Shown here: positions 16,215-24,732 of the stretch, piece by piece
Layout of the letters: each line of letters begins with the position of its first letter
Numbering within the stretch: position 1 is the stretch's first letter
IMG/VR virus record: IMGVR_UViG_3300044840_000005
Coordinates: 1 to 26,111 of that record
DNA length: 26,111 bases
Reading direction: 5' to 3' (one strand)
Source of the DNA: a virus
Taxonomy: Duplodnaviria > Caudoviricetes
The notes under the pieces: generated by a model
What the model was told of the DNA's origin: nothing
What the model saw: only the letters and a program-made list of their open reading frames with translations
Database searches by the model: none
Translations under genes and position numbers: made by a program

Positions 16215-17225
16215 ATCACTACCACGATTACGCCTGCCCTTGGTCAGGCCGCGCTTTTCACGCAGCAAGGGCCGGGTGCTTCACCGGGCTATAGCGCTAT
16301 TGATCTTCGCCGGTCGGAGATTCCGACGCCGACGCAGGAGGGCGTGTACGCGGCGGGGGATTGGATGGTCACGCAGCGTGGCGCTGGCGCGAACATGAGC
16401 GTGGATATCGCTTCGGCTCCGGTGAGTCTCGCGGCGCCGATTGCGTGCGTGCAGGGCGACAGTGTTGCCGGTCAGGGCATGTACGTGGTGGGTCCGCATT
16501 CCGCGACGGTCAATGAGGTTATCGCGACCGCGGACGCGACGAACCCGCGTATCGACCAGGTGATCTTGGAAGTCCTCGATAACGTGCACGATGCGAGCGG
16601 GTCGAACCTTGCTCGTACGCGGGTGTTGACGGGCACGCCGACGGTGGGTGCGACGTTGGCGAACCGGACTGGTGTGGCGACGTTGCCGGGTTCGGCGTTG
16701 TTGCTTGCTGACATTCTGGTGGGTGCGGCTGCGGCGAGTATCACGAATACGGTGATCCGTGACCGCCGGAAGTTCGCCCGTGGAGCGTACAACCGGATCC
16801 TTCTCAACCATGGGTCCAACTACACGACCACCGTCGGCCCCGCCGCAGTGGACACGACGAGCTTGCAGTTCCGTCTAGAGTGCTCCGGCGTGCCGGTTCG
16901 CATCCACGCAGCGGTCGATTTGCAACATTCCGTTGCTAACGCTTTCGTGACGCTTATCCCGTGGGTAGACAGTGTCAACCCTGACGGGTTTACGGGGGCA
17001 GCACATTGGCAGGTGCAGCTTACGACCAACGCGGCCAGCGACAGACGGACCGAATTCTGGCACGATGCTCTACCGGCGGCCGGCTCGCACCTATTCGCGC
17101 TAGCGTTCGGTGTTGTGACGGCCGGCACATTGACGATAGTGTCTAGCGCGACGGTACCCATTCTCTTCTCTGCGGAGGAAGTCATCCGTCAGAACACGGC
17201 GAACAACACCACGACCAGCGGCTAA
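16215..17225 (+). CDS. Minor tail/fibre-base structural protein; probable ATC start
   Basis: YSAIDLRR..EGV...GD..VTQRGAGANMSVD and NPRIDQVILEV.D...P...LLLADI.V......ITN..I.D.R motifs typical of actinophage minor tail proteins; GGGGAGGT SD at 16203-16210. Confidence 0.75.
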   Translation: MTTTITPALGQAALFTQQGPGASPGYSAIDLRRSEIPTPTQEGVYAAGDWMVTQRGAGANMSVDIASAPVSLAAPIACVQGDSVAGQGMYVVGPHSATVNEVIATADATNPRIDQVILEVLDNVHDASGSNLARTRVLTGTPTVGATLANRTGVATLPGSALLLADILVGAAAASITNTVIRDRRKFARGAYNRILLNHGSNYTTTVGPAAVDTTSLQFRLECSGVPVRIHAAVDLQHSVANAFVTLIPWVDSVNPDGFTGAAHWQVQLTTNAASDRRTEFWHDALPAAGSHLFALAFGVVTAGTLTIVSSATVPILFSAEEVIRQNTANNTTTSG

Positions 17226-17233
17226 ACGCCCCC

Positions 17234-17262
17234 TTGACAAAACGCAAAGCCGGGCGTACCTT
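17234..17262 (+). promoter_or_regulatory. Sigma70/SigA-type leaderless promoter
   Basis: TTGACA-N17-TACCTT-N7-ATG(17270). Confidence 0.75.
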
Positions 17263-17269
17263 CCCACGC

Positions 17270-17899
17270 ATGCGCTCTCCACGCCACTCCACGATCGTCG
17301 CCTACCTCGCGCTATTCGTCGCGCTTGGGGGCACCGCGGGCGCCGCTGTCACGCTGCGCGCGAACTCGATCACGTCCCGTGAGATCCGTAACGGGTCCGT
17401 GACCCGCGCCGACCTCGCCCCCAGTATCCGGCCGACGGCTGCGACGTTCCGCGCCGCGGTGACGGACATCGTGACGGACCCCGCGACGGGTATCCACATC
17501 AGCGTGACCGGCGAGAAGGGCGACAAGGGGGACCCCGGCCAGGCGGTTGCTGGACCCGCTGGCCCGCAGGGTGCGAGCGTGCAGGGGCCGCAGGGTCCCG
17601 GGGGGTCATCCGGCCCGCAGGGTGCGCCCGGTGACGTGCGAGCTTTCGGTCACGTCCGCCCCGACGGTTCGGGCACGGCGCAGGGCGTGACGGTTACGCA
17701 TCCCGGGCTCGGCGTCTATTGCGTGAACGGGACCGCGTCGGGTGTGTCCTTCCTGTCCGTGACGCCCGATGCTTCGAACTCGCAGGCGTTCGTCATTGAG
17801 GCTAACGCTCAGTCGAACTCGTGTCCGGTGGATCGCCTTGAGGTTGTCGTGTCGAACAACGGTGGCGTGGATACCGGCTTCTACTTCGTAGGGAGCTAG
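17270..17899 (+). CDS. Secreted collagen-like protein (moron)
   Basis: Signal peptide MRSPRHSTIVAYLALFVALGGTAGA, NSITSREIRNGSV...DLA, interrupted G-X-Y repeats, C-terminal beta domain with GVYCV and a second Cys. Confidence 0.85.
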   Translation: MRSPRHSTIVAYLALFVALGGTAGAAVTLRANSITSREIRNGSVTRADLAPSIRPTAATFRAAVTDIVTDPATGIHISVTGEKGDKGDPGQAVAGPAGPQGASVQGPQGPGGSSGPQGAPGDVRAFGHVRPDGSGTAQGVTVTHPGLGVYCVNGTASGVSFLSVTPDASNSQAFVIEANAQSNSCPVDRLEVVVSNNGGVDTGFYFVGS

Positions 17900-17933
17900 T
17901 CCTGCGATAGTCGTACCCACATAGGAGGGGCCC

Positions 17934-19082
17934 TTGGCCGTCGTCGCCTGGACATGGACACTCGCCGACAGCCTAGGGAACACCCTTGCTGATCTCACGA
18001 CCGCCGCCGGGCGGTCGTTGACATTCAAGCGCAACACCTACGTCGAGGCGCAGCTAACGCTCTCCCACGAGGACGACGCAGCCGCGCAGCTCTACACCTC
18101 CCTCGCGGCATCCGGTCCCCCCACCCTTCGCTGCTATCGCACCGGTCGCTACGACGGCCCGGGCGCCCCCATGACGCTCCGCTTTAACGGGTACCTCGCA
18201 ACGATCTCCGACGAGCTCGAAGAGACGGCGCTACTCACCGCGACGTTCCGTTCCCCGTTCGGCCGGCTGGTTGGGGACGGGCAGGGCACGGGCCGGTTCA
18301 CGGCGGCGAGCGACCCGCACACGGCGCCAGCACAGGACCAGGGCGCGATAGCGAAGGCGCTCATCGACACGACGAACGCTGACGCGGTTACCGGACTAAC
18401 CACGGCGTCCTCGTACGCGACGACAAAACCTCGCGACCGGACATATCAGTTCGCGAACGTGGGCGACGAGATCACGAACCTGTCGCAACTGCTCGACGGG
18501 TTCGACTTCGACGAGTCGTTCATCGACGGTGGCGGCTCATCGCTCGCGCTGTTCAACGTGTACGGCTCGCAGGGCTCCGACAAGTCCGGCACCGTGAAGT
18601 TCAACTACGGGCCGACAACGCTAGCGAATGTGTCGCACGTGTCGCGCACCATCTCGCCCCCAGTGAACCGCGTGACGGTGATCGGTGCTAACGGTTTGAC
18701 GAGCACATACAACGATGCGACTTCGCAAGGCCAGTATGGGTTGTGGCCGATGTTGCAGTCTGCGAGTGACGTGGTGGAGCAGGCGACGCTTGACGACAAG
18801 GCGCGGGCGCTGATTCGCCCGAAGCCGCTCAAGACGATCCAGTTCTCCCCGGAGCTCGCGTTGGAGTCGTGCCCGCGGTTCTTTGACGATTACGGTCTCG
18901 GCGACACGGTGAACTTCTACGGGTTGCGCGGGGCGTTCTCGGAGAGCGTGAGCGTTCGTGTCAACGCGGTGACGGTCGTCGTGGACGAGCAGGGCTTCGA
19001 GACGACTTCGATTCCGGACGCGACGGACCCCGAGTCTGATCGTGTTGCTCGCGCGCTGCTTCAGGTGGAGGTTACGTCATAG
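17934..19082 (+). CDS. Minor tail protein (hub/Tal-like, ReqiPepy6 Gp37-like)
   Basis: AGGAGG SD; DGFDFD, NRVTVIG, SQGQYGLW, DDYGLGDTV motifs; position. Confidence 0.7.
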   Translation: MAVVAWTWTLADSLGNTLADLTTAAGRSLTFKRNTYVEAQLTLSHEDDAAAQLYTSLAASGPPTLRCYRTGRYDGPGAPMTLRFNGYLATISDELEETALLTATFRSPFGRLVGDGQGTGRFTAASDPHTAPAQDQGAIAKALIDTTNADAVTGLTTASSYATTKPRDRTYQFANVGDEITNLSQLLDGFDFDESFIDGGGSSLALFNVYGSQGSDKSGTVKFNYGPTTLANVSHVSRTISPPVNRVTVIGANGLTSTYNDATSQGQYGLWPMLQSASDVVEQATLDDKARALIRPKPLKTIQFSPELALESCPRFFDDYGLGDTVNFYGLRGAFSESVSVRVNAVTVVVDEQGFETTSIPDATDPESDRVARALLQVEVTS

Positions 19083-19291
19083 GCCAGTTCAACGGTCCTC
19101 CCGACTTCATCGAGCAGATCAAGAGGCTGGACGCCCGTATCTCGTCGCTGGAGCGCACGCGGACGATCCCGATGGGTACCACGATCCCCGCGACGACGCC
19201 TCCGGATGGCGCGATGCAGGGTGACTCGTCCGGCCCGTATCTTTGGCTGAGGGTGGGGGGCGCATGGAAGCGGACAGCGGCGCTCGTATGA
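19079..19291 (+). CDS. Small tail-associated protein (70 aa); probable ATA start
   Basis: GGAGGT at 19067-19072, ATAG overlap; (M)GQFNGPPDFIEQIKRLDARISSLERTR...YLWLRVGGAWKR; ATGA overlap with the next gene; not in the ORF track. Confidence 0.75.
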   Translation: MGQFNGPPDFIEQIKRLDARISSLERTRTIPMGTTIPATTPPDGAMQGDSSGPYLWLRVGGAWKRTAALV

Positions 19292-19671
19292 GCGACGACG
19301 AGCGGTTCGACACTGGCAGCAAGGACCGCGCCACCGTCGCCATCGTCGCGGCCGAGGTCCGCGAGGTCAAGGCGATCGTCTCCGGTCACGCCGAGCTGAC
19401 GACCGAACGGTTCAAGAACCTTAACCAGCGGTTCGACATGTTCGTTGGGCTGCCGGATCTCGTGACGCGTTTGCTGGAGCGCTCCAAGGCACATGACGCT
19501 CGGCTCGACGCGCACGACAAACGGTTCAAGGCGTTGGATGACGCTGCGGAGCGACGTCGCGAATGGAGGATCGGCCCGCTTGTACAGATTCTCATTGGCC
19601 TCGCGGGGCTCCTCGTGGCGGTCGCCATGGTCTACGTGGTGGTTCACAACGGGGGCGCCCATGGGCGCTAA
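19288..19671 (+). CDS. Coiled-coil protein with C-terminal TM helix (lysis region)
   Basis: Heptad region RLDAHDKRFKALD followed by LVQILIGLAGLLVAVAMVYVVV. Confidence 0.75.
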   Translation: MSDDERFDTGSKDRATVAIVAAEVREVKAIVSGHAELTTERFKNLNQRFDMFVGLPDLVTRLLERSKAHDARLDAHDKRFKALDDAAERRREWRIGPLVQILIGLAGLLVAVAMVYVVVHNGGAHGR

Positions 19672-20002
19672 GGTGCGGCGGATCCTGCCCCGGTTCTTCG
19701 CCGCTCTCGGTATCGCGCTGGCGGTCGGAGCGATGTTCTTTGCGGTGTTCAGGAGTATCGCGGTTACGCACGCCATTCAGGTGGAGCGAGCTCGGAACGT
19801 GCTGACGAACTGCGAGTCGCAGAATCGTCGGCATGACGCGACGATCGAGACGCTTGACCGGCAGATCGAGCAGGTGCAGCGAGTGAAGCCGGAGCTTGCA
19901 ACCCAGTTCCGGGCGAGCCGGAACTTCACGGTGTTGCTCATCAACGCGATGGCGCCGAAGCAGGATTGCGCAGCGCTCGTCCGCAAGCAGGTGCAGCAGT
20001 GA
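19661..20002 (+). CDS. N-terminally anchored membrane protein (lysis region)
   Basis: TM segment FFAALGIALAVGAMFFAVF, then a helical domain with two Cys. Confidence 0.7.
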   Translation: MGAKVRRILPRFFAALGIALAVGAMFFAVFRSIAVTHAIQVERARNVLTNCESQNRRHDATIETLDRQIEQVQRVKPELATQFRASRNFTVLLINAMAPKQDCAALVRKQVQQ

Positions 20003-20121
20003 TCAACCCGAACGCCGTCTTCCTCGTCGCCTTCGCCGCTGTTGTGGGCGCCCTACTCGGTCATGTGCTGCTCGGCCTCGCGGTCGGGCTCGCGATCGTC
20101 CTTTTCGCAGCCTTCATCTAG
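19999..20121 (+). CDS. 40-aa hydrophobic membrane microprotein
   Basis: GTGA overlap; MINPNAVFLVAFAAVVGALLGHVLLGLAVGLAIVLFAAFI*; not in the ORF track. Confidence 0.7.
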   Translation: MINPNAVFLVAFAAVVGALLGHVLLGLAVGLAIVLFAAFI

Positions 20122-20129
20122 GAGTCGTC

Positions 20130-20495
20130 ATAGCTGAATCGCACGGCGAGCGCACGCTCGTCCATCTTGCCGACGTCGCACGAACCCAGTTCAAGCTGCA
20201 CGTTTGGCAGTGGCTCCCTGGTGACGTGGGTTCCGGGCACTCCCCCACGAGCCTGCACGAGCAGACGTTCCCCGGCACGAAGGTCGGGCGGGCGTTCGAC
20301 GCGTACCGGTCGAGCATCCCGCAGGCCCGGTACGCCCGCCACCTGCGCCGGCACTACGTGCCGCTGCTCACCGAGGCGATCTACAACGGCCGGTGGACGA
20401 AGCTGTCCATCAAGGACGGCAAGCATGTCGATCCGTCGTACTGGGGCGCTGACGTGTGGGCCGCGCATCGCGATCACGTTCACGTGGCGATCTAG
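20130..20495 (+). CDS. Putative Zn peptidase of the M15/Hedgehog-DD-peptidase (LAS) type; probable ATA start
   Basis: HSPTSLH...GRAFD...HRDHVHVA metal-ligand pattern; AGGAG at 20120-20124 before ATA 20130. Confidence 0.65.
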   Translation: MAESHGERTLVHLADVARTQFKLHVWQWLPGDVGSGHSPTSLHEQTFPGTKVGRAFDAYRSSIPQARYARHLRRHYVPLLTEAIYNGRWTKLSIKDGKHVDPSYWGADVWAAHRDHVHVAI

Positions 20496-20959
20496 TGGCG
20501 ACTCCTCTTGCGGTGCTCCGCGCGAAGCACGCTGGCGCGCGGTATTCGCTGCGGATCTACCTGGAGGCCCGCCGGGCGGGCGTGCCGTACTCGTGGGCGC
20601 TTGCGCTCGTGGACCAGGAGTCGGCCTTTGAGAACGTCTTCGGCTGCGATTCTGGGTCGATCCTCTGCCATCAGTTCGTCACTCATGCGCGGGTGATTCG
20701 CCTGCTTGGCCACGTCGCTCAGGGCGGGGTGAGTAATGGTGTCGGATTGACGCAGCTTACGTACCCGCCGCTGATCCGTGAAGCGGAGCGGAGGGGCGGC
20801 GCACACAAGCCGACCTACCAGCTTCGAGTCGGCCTACGGTACTTCCGCGGCATCGCTGGACCTGACTGGCGTGATGCGTGGAAGTACAACGGCTCACCTA
20901 CATACCAGGCGCAGATCGCCGCAAAGCAGACCTACTGGCATCGGGTGGTGACTAGGTGA
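20495..20959 (+). CDS. Lysozyme-like / lytic transglycosylase endolysin
   Basis: ALVDQES (catalytic Glu), GVGLTQLTY, AWKYNG..Y motifs; TAGTG overlap. Confidence 0.75.
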   Translation: MATPLAVLRAKHAGARYSLRIYLEARRAGVPYSWALALVDQESAFENVFGCDSGSILCHQFVTHARVIRLLGHVAQGGVSNGVGLTQLTYPPLIREAERRGGAHKPTYQLRVGLRYFRGIAGPDWRDAWKYNGSPTYQAQIAAKQTYWHRVVTR

Positions 20960-21705
20960 AGTACGGCAAGCTCCCCGTCCGCCACGACGCGCGGACCCTC
21001 GCGTTCGAGCGGTACACAAGCCGGCTGCCGAACCCGCCGCGCAGCGTCAGCCCCCTCGACCGGTTCCAACACTTCGGGTGGGGCACGCTCGGCAACGACC
21101 AGTACGGCGACTGCGTGTGGGCGGGCGCCGCGCACGAGACGATGCTCTGGACGACCGAAGCCGGCAAGCTCGCCCGGTTCGACGATGTCCACGTCCTCGC
21201 CGACTACGCCAAAGTGACGGGCTTCGACCCTCGCACCGGCGCGAACGACAACGGGACTGTCGTCCTCGACGCTCTCAACTACCGACGCAAGGTCGGCGTT
21301 CACGACGCGAGCGGCACGGCTCACAAGATCGGCGCATACGCGAAGGTTGATGCATCTAACACCGTGCACCTCAAGGCCGCCGTGTGGCTGTTCGACGCGG
21401 TCGGGATCGGCTTCGAGGTTCCCGACTATGCAGAGGACCAGTTCGCCCTTGGTCAGATTTGGCACATTGGTGGGCAGGACCCAAACGCCCCGATCGTCGG
21501 CGGGCACTACGTACCGGTCGTTGGCTACGACTCCGGCGGGCTGTGGCTTGTCACCTGGGGCGAGCTCCATCGGATGACGTGGCAATTCTTCCGCAAGTAC
21601 ACCGACGAAGCGTACGCGCTCCTGTCGCCGGACATGCTGCGCGCCGGTAAGTCGCCGGACGGGTTTGACCTCGCGACGTTGAACGCTGACCTCGCGGCCC
21701 TTTAG
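20956..21705 (+). CDS. Papain-like cysteine peptidase (putative lysin)
   Basis: LGNDQYGDCVWAG (Cys), GGHYVPVVGYD (His), VTWG; lies between a lysozyme-like gene and a holin-like gene. Confidence 0.75.
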   Translation: MKYGKLPVRHDARTLAFERYTSRLPNPPRSVSPLDRFQHFGWGTLGNDQYGDCVWAGAAHETMLWTTEAGKLARFDDVHVLADYAKVTGFDPRTGANDNGTVVLDALNYRRKVGVHDASGTAHKIGAYAKVDASNTVHLKAAVWLFDAVGIGFEVPDYAEDQFALGQIWHIGGQDPNAPIVGGHYVPVVGYDSGGLWLVTWGELHRMTWQFFRKYTDEAYALLSPDMLRAGKSPDGFDLATLNADLAAL

Positions 21706-21730
21706 GGCCGCTCTATCGAAAGGACCCAGG

Positions 21731-21895
21731 GTGCTGAATCTTCACCCGAAGATCAAGGCTGTCGTCATCGCGTCCGTCCTCGCCGTCCTCGGTGTTGTCG
21801 GTGCTCATGTCGCTGACCTTGGCCTGTCGCCCGAGATGGCGGCCGTGCTGGTTGCCGTGATTTCCTCGGCGGCCGGTTACCTCAAGCGCGCCTAG
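21731..21895 (+). CDS. Holin-like protein (54 aa, 2 TM)
   Basis: GAAAGGA SD; MLNLHPKIKAVVIASVLAVLGVVG...PEMAAVLVAVISSAAGYLKRA*; not in the ORF track. Confidence 0.75.
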   Translation: MLNLHPKIKAVVIASVLAVLGVVGAHVADLGLSPEMAAVLVAVISSAAGYLKRA

Positions 21896-21896
21896 C

Positions 21897-22289
21897 TTGG
21901 CAGAGTTCAAGTGCTACGTCGCCGGGCGTACCAAGGACGTGTCTGCGGTGCAGCGTGTGCAGGCGATGGTCCGCGGCGCTGGTGGCGAGATAACGTTCGA
22001 TTGGACCGGACCGGACGGTGAGATTCGCGGTGACTGGTCCGGCGTTCCGGATCGGGCTAGGGCTATCGCTGCGACCGAACGCGAAGGCGTGCGCGAGGCG
22101 GATCTACTAATTTTGGTCTGGCATGAGCACGGAGGGCTAGGAGCCCTGCTCGAAACAGGGATGGCTATGGCGCAGGGAAAGCGGATCATTGTTTACGGTG
22201 CGCCCCGCGAGTCCGTGTTTTGGTACCTGCCTAAGGTGGAACATGCACCCGATGCCTTGGCGCTAATGCGAGCGCTTGGCGTTGGCTGA
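21897..22289 (+). CDS. Nucleoside 2-deoxyribosyltransferase-like / N-glycosidase protein
   Basis: YVAG, GVREADLLIL, GALLETGMA.AQGKRIIV, SVF motifs. Confidence 0.75.
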   Translation: MAEFKCYVAGRTKDVSAVQRVQAMVRGAGGEITFDWTGPDGEIRGDWSGVPDRARAIAATEREGVREADLLILVWHEHGGLGALLETGMAMAQGKRIIVYGAPRESVFWYLPKVEHAPDALALMRALGVG

Positions 22290-23199
22290 GCTTCCGCGGA
22301 ACGGCACGCTCCTCGGTCTAGCGCGGAAGTTCGCCACGGACCAGGCACTAGCCGACCATCTCCAGGTTCCGCGCACGACACTGCGGGACCACATCTACCG
22401 ACTCGGGATGCGCGACGCCGTCAACGCTGTTCGCGAACGCCCGACAACGTCCATCCCCGACGAGATCCCCGTCATCACCCGCGACTACTCGTCGCAGGAC
22501 CGCCACTACATCTACCCGATGGGTGACGTCCACCTCGGCGCGAAGAACCACAACGCGTCGATGTGGCAGGAGTGGCTGCGCTACCTGGAGGACCGCGAAG
22601 ACGCGAGCCTCCTCGGCACCGGGGACTTCCTCAACACCGCAATCATCGGCTCGAAGTCCGACGTGTACGACGAGCAGATGACGGTCGGGGAAGCGAAGCG
22701 CCTCCTCCGCCGACAGCTTGAACCGCTGGCGAAGGCCGGACGCATCGACGGGCTCGGGCCGGGCAACCATGAGAATCGCATCACGCGGGCGATTGGGGAC
22801 TGCCCGATCCTTGACGTGTGCGACTTGCTGAGCGTCCCGTACTGGGAGGCGTCGGCGCTGTTCGTGTATCTCGTGGGCGACCAGGAGTACCGGGTTTTCC
22901 TGCGTCACGGCACGGGGACGGGGCAGGCGTTCACGGCGTTGGACAAGTCGCGGCTCGTGATCCGGGCGGACGTGTTCATCACCGGCCACGTGCACAACCA
23001 GGCTGCCCGAGTGGGCGACCAGTTCGAGTACGACTCGGGCGCGAAGTCGGTCGTCCGGCGCAAATTCCTTGTGGTGAGCTCGGGCGCGTTCCTCGGTTAC
23101 GAGAAGTACGCCGCTGAGCGCGGGTATCAGGCTGGGCATCAGGGCGCGCCGAGGATCTACTTGGATGGGCGCAGGCACGACTTCCACGCAAGCCTCTGA
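22282..23199 (+). CDS. Calcineurin-like metallophosphoesterase with N-terminal HTH
   Basis: GDVHLG, GDFLN, GNHE, RHG, GHVH motifs; N-terminal DQALADHLQVPRTTLRDHI. Confidence 0.88.
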   Translation: MAELPRNGTLLGLARKFATDQALADHLQVPRTTLRDHIYRLGMRDAVNAVRERPTTSIPDEIPVITRDYSSQDRHYIYPMGDVHLGAKNHNASMWQEWLRYLEDREDASLLGTGDFLNTAIIGSKSDVYDEQMTVGEAKRLLRRQLEPLAKAGRIDGLGPGNHENRITRAIGDCPILDVCDLLSVPYWEASALFVYLVGDQEYRVFLRHGTGTGQAFTALDKSRLVIRADVFITGHVHNQAARVGDQFEYDSGAKSVVRRKFLVVSSGAFLGYEKYAAERGYQAGHQGAPRIYLDGRRHDFHASL

Positions 23200-23470
23200 C
23201 TTCGGCGGCAACTGCCCGGGGTGCGCAGGGGTCGGCCGGATCAAGGTGGATCAGCCGGGTTGGGAGGACCACCCGGGCCTGCTCTGCCTGACATGCGAGG
23301 GGACCGGGCTTGCGATGCGCGCCCGGTTGCGGCGCGCGTACATGCTCGGGTTCGAGCAGGGCGTGGATGCGATGCGTCGCGCGCAGCCCGGCCCCCCGGG
23401 TGATGCGGTGGAGCGGCACTGGCGTCAGATTTGGGAAGGGGACGTGCTTGCAGACGACGACGATCACTGA
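23165..23470 (+). CDS. Hypothetical protein with DnaJ-type zinc finger (start uncertain)
   Basis: CPGCAGVG and CLTCEGTG, then AYMLGFEQG. Confidence 0.65.
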   Translation: MGAGTTSTQASDFGGNCPGCAGVGRIKVDQPGWEDHPGLLCLTCEGTGLAMRARLRRAYMLGFEQGVDAMRRAQPGPPGDAVERHWRQIWEGDVLADDDDH

Positions 23471-23636
23471 GGCTTCTACGGTCACCGGGGACCACCGGAA
23501 GGTGGTTGCTCACATCGCGCAGGGCGTGCCGTCTACGGCGCTGTGTGGGGCTCGTGTGACGAAGCTAGTGGAGCCGGGCGCTGGGCGTTGCGCGGTGTGC
23601 CTTGATTTGGCGCGGCCGGGGTTCACTGGGCGTTGA
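23448..23636 (+). CDS. DUF3039-like His/Cys zinc-binding protein
   Basis: TTG after GAAGGGGA; GDH...AH....ALCG...CAVC; TTGA overlap with the next gene. Confidence 0.6.
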   Translation: MQTTTITEASTVTGDHRKVVAHIAQGVPSTALCGARVTKLVEPGAGRCAVCLDLARPGFTGR

Positions 23637-24019
23637 CCGTCCAGGAGATGGTCCGCGAGTTTCACGACACGTTCAACCTCCCCGCTAGCGACAAGCCCGT
23701 CCCCGGCCCCCTTCTCGGTGACCGTGTGCGACGCATGCGACTCATTGACGAGGAGTGCGAAGAGACGCTAGACGAACTGGATCGCCGTGCCGGCGCGTTC
23801 GACCTCGCAGCGCTCGCGAAGGAACTAGCCGACCTCGTGTACGTCGTGTACGGGACCGCGGTGGAGTTCGGCATCCCGTTGGACGCGGTGATCGTGAAGG
23901 TGCACGAGAGCAACATGGCGAAGGTGGGTCCTGACGGTGTAGTGACCTATCGAGCAGACGGGAAGGTCAGCAAGCCGGACGGGTGGCGGCCCCCGGACAT
24001 CGGGGCGGTGCTCGGCTAG
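23633..24019 (+). CDS. MazG-like / PRA-PH family NTP pyrophosphohydrolase
   Basis: VREFH, LIDEECEE, KELADLVYVVYG, VHESNMAK, R.DGKV.KP..W.PPD. Confidence 0.88.
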   Translation: MTVQEMVREFHDTFNLPASDKPVPGPLLGDRVRRMRLIDEECEETLDELDRRAGAFDLAALAKELADLVYVVYGTAVEFGIPLDAVIVKVHESNMAKVGPDGVVTYRADGKVSKPDGWRPPDIGAVLG

Positions 24020-24723
24020 TGCTGCTCTACACGCTTGGCCCCATGTCCGACATGGAGGATCACAACGCGCCGGCCTTCCGCGAAACCGCCGAGATCCTTC
24101 GCGGACTCGGACACGAGGCGATCTCCCCCGTCGAGATGGACGAGGCCGAAGGCTTCGACTTCAAGCGCAAGCTGACCGAAGCCGAGTACGCCGCGTTCCT
24201 CGGACGGGACATTGAGAAGATCGCCGCGCTGGGCGCAGCCGGCAAGCTCGACGGTGGCGTGGCGCTCGACGGTTGGGAACGTTCCCGCGGCGCGGCTGCC
24301 GAAGCCCACGTAATCCGAGCTCTCGGCCGTCCGATCTACCGGCTCGTGCCGGTAGGCGCCAGCATCGACCACTGGGAACTCGAACTACTGCAGGACTCCA
24401 TCGCAAACCGACACCCGGGCAGCGAACACTTCCACGCGATCCTGCGGGACCTCGGCGCCCTGCACGACCGCAAGCAGCAGGACTACGGTCGGGTTGATGA
24501 CCCGTTCGCGAACGTACGGTCTGCTGCGGACTGGGGCGTGCCGGAATGGGTGGGCGGGATGATCCGTGCGACCGACAAGGTGCGCCGGCTCCAGACGTTC
24601 GCTCAGCGCGGGACCCTTGCTAACGAGGGTGTCGTGGACGCGTTCAACGACCTGGCCGTCTACGCCATCATTTGTCGCGTGCTCTACGAGCAGTCTGAGC
24701 GCGCACCCGAAGCCCCGCGTTAG
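24019..24723 (+). CDS. DUF4406 (NDT-like) domain fused to a DUF1599/Nmad1-like domain
   Basis: N-terminal GPMS...HNAPAF...LDGWERSRGA.AE; C-terminal RKQQDYG..DPFAN...IRATDKVRRL...NEGVVD.FNDLAVYAII. Confidence 0.75.
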   Translation: MLLYTLGPMSDMEDHNAPAFRETAEILRGLGHEAISPVEMDEAEGFDFKRKLTEAEYAAFLGRDIEKIAALGAAGKLDGGVALDGWERSRGAAAEAHVIRALGRPIYRLVPVGASIDHWELELLQDSIANRHPGSEHFHAILRDLGALHDRKQQDYGRVDDPFANVRSAADWGVPEWVGGMIRATDKVRRLQTFAQRGTLANEGVVDAFNDLAVYAIICRVLYEQSERAPEAPR

Positions 24724-24732
24724 CGGGGCTTC
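24709..24732. terminator. Hairpin between convergent genes
   Basis: GAAGCCCCGC-GTTA-GCGGGGCTTC perfect 10-bp stem; both convergent stop codons fall at the loop. Confidence 0.7.

Noticed and set aside
17270-17899. Collagen repeats as a tail fibre
   Set aside because: The signal peptide and dedicated promoter favour a secreted moron.
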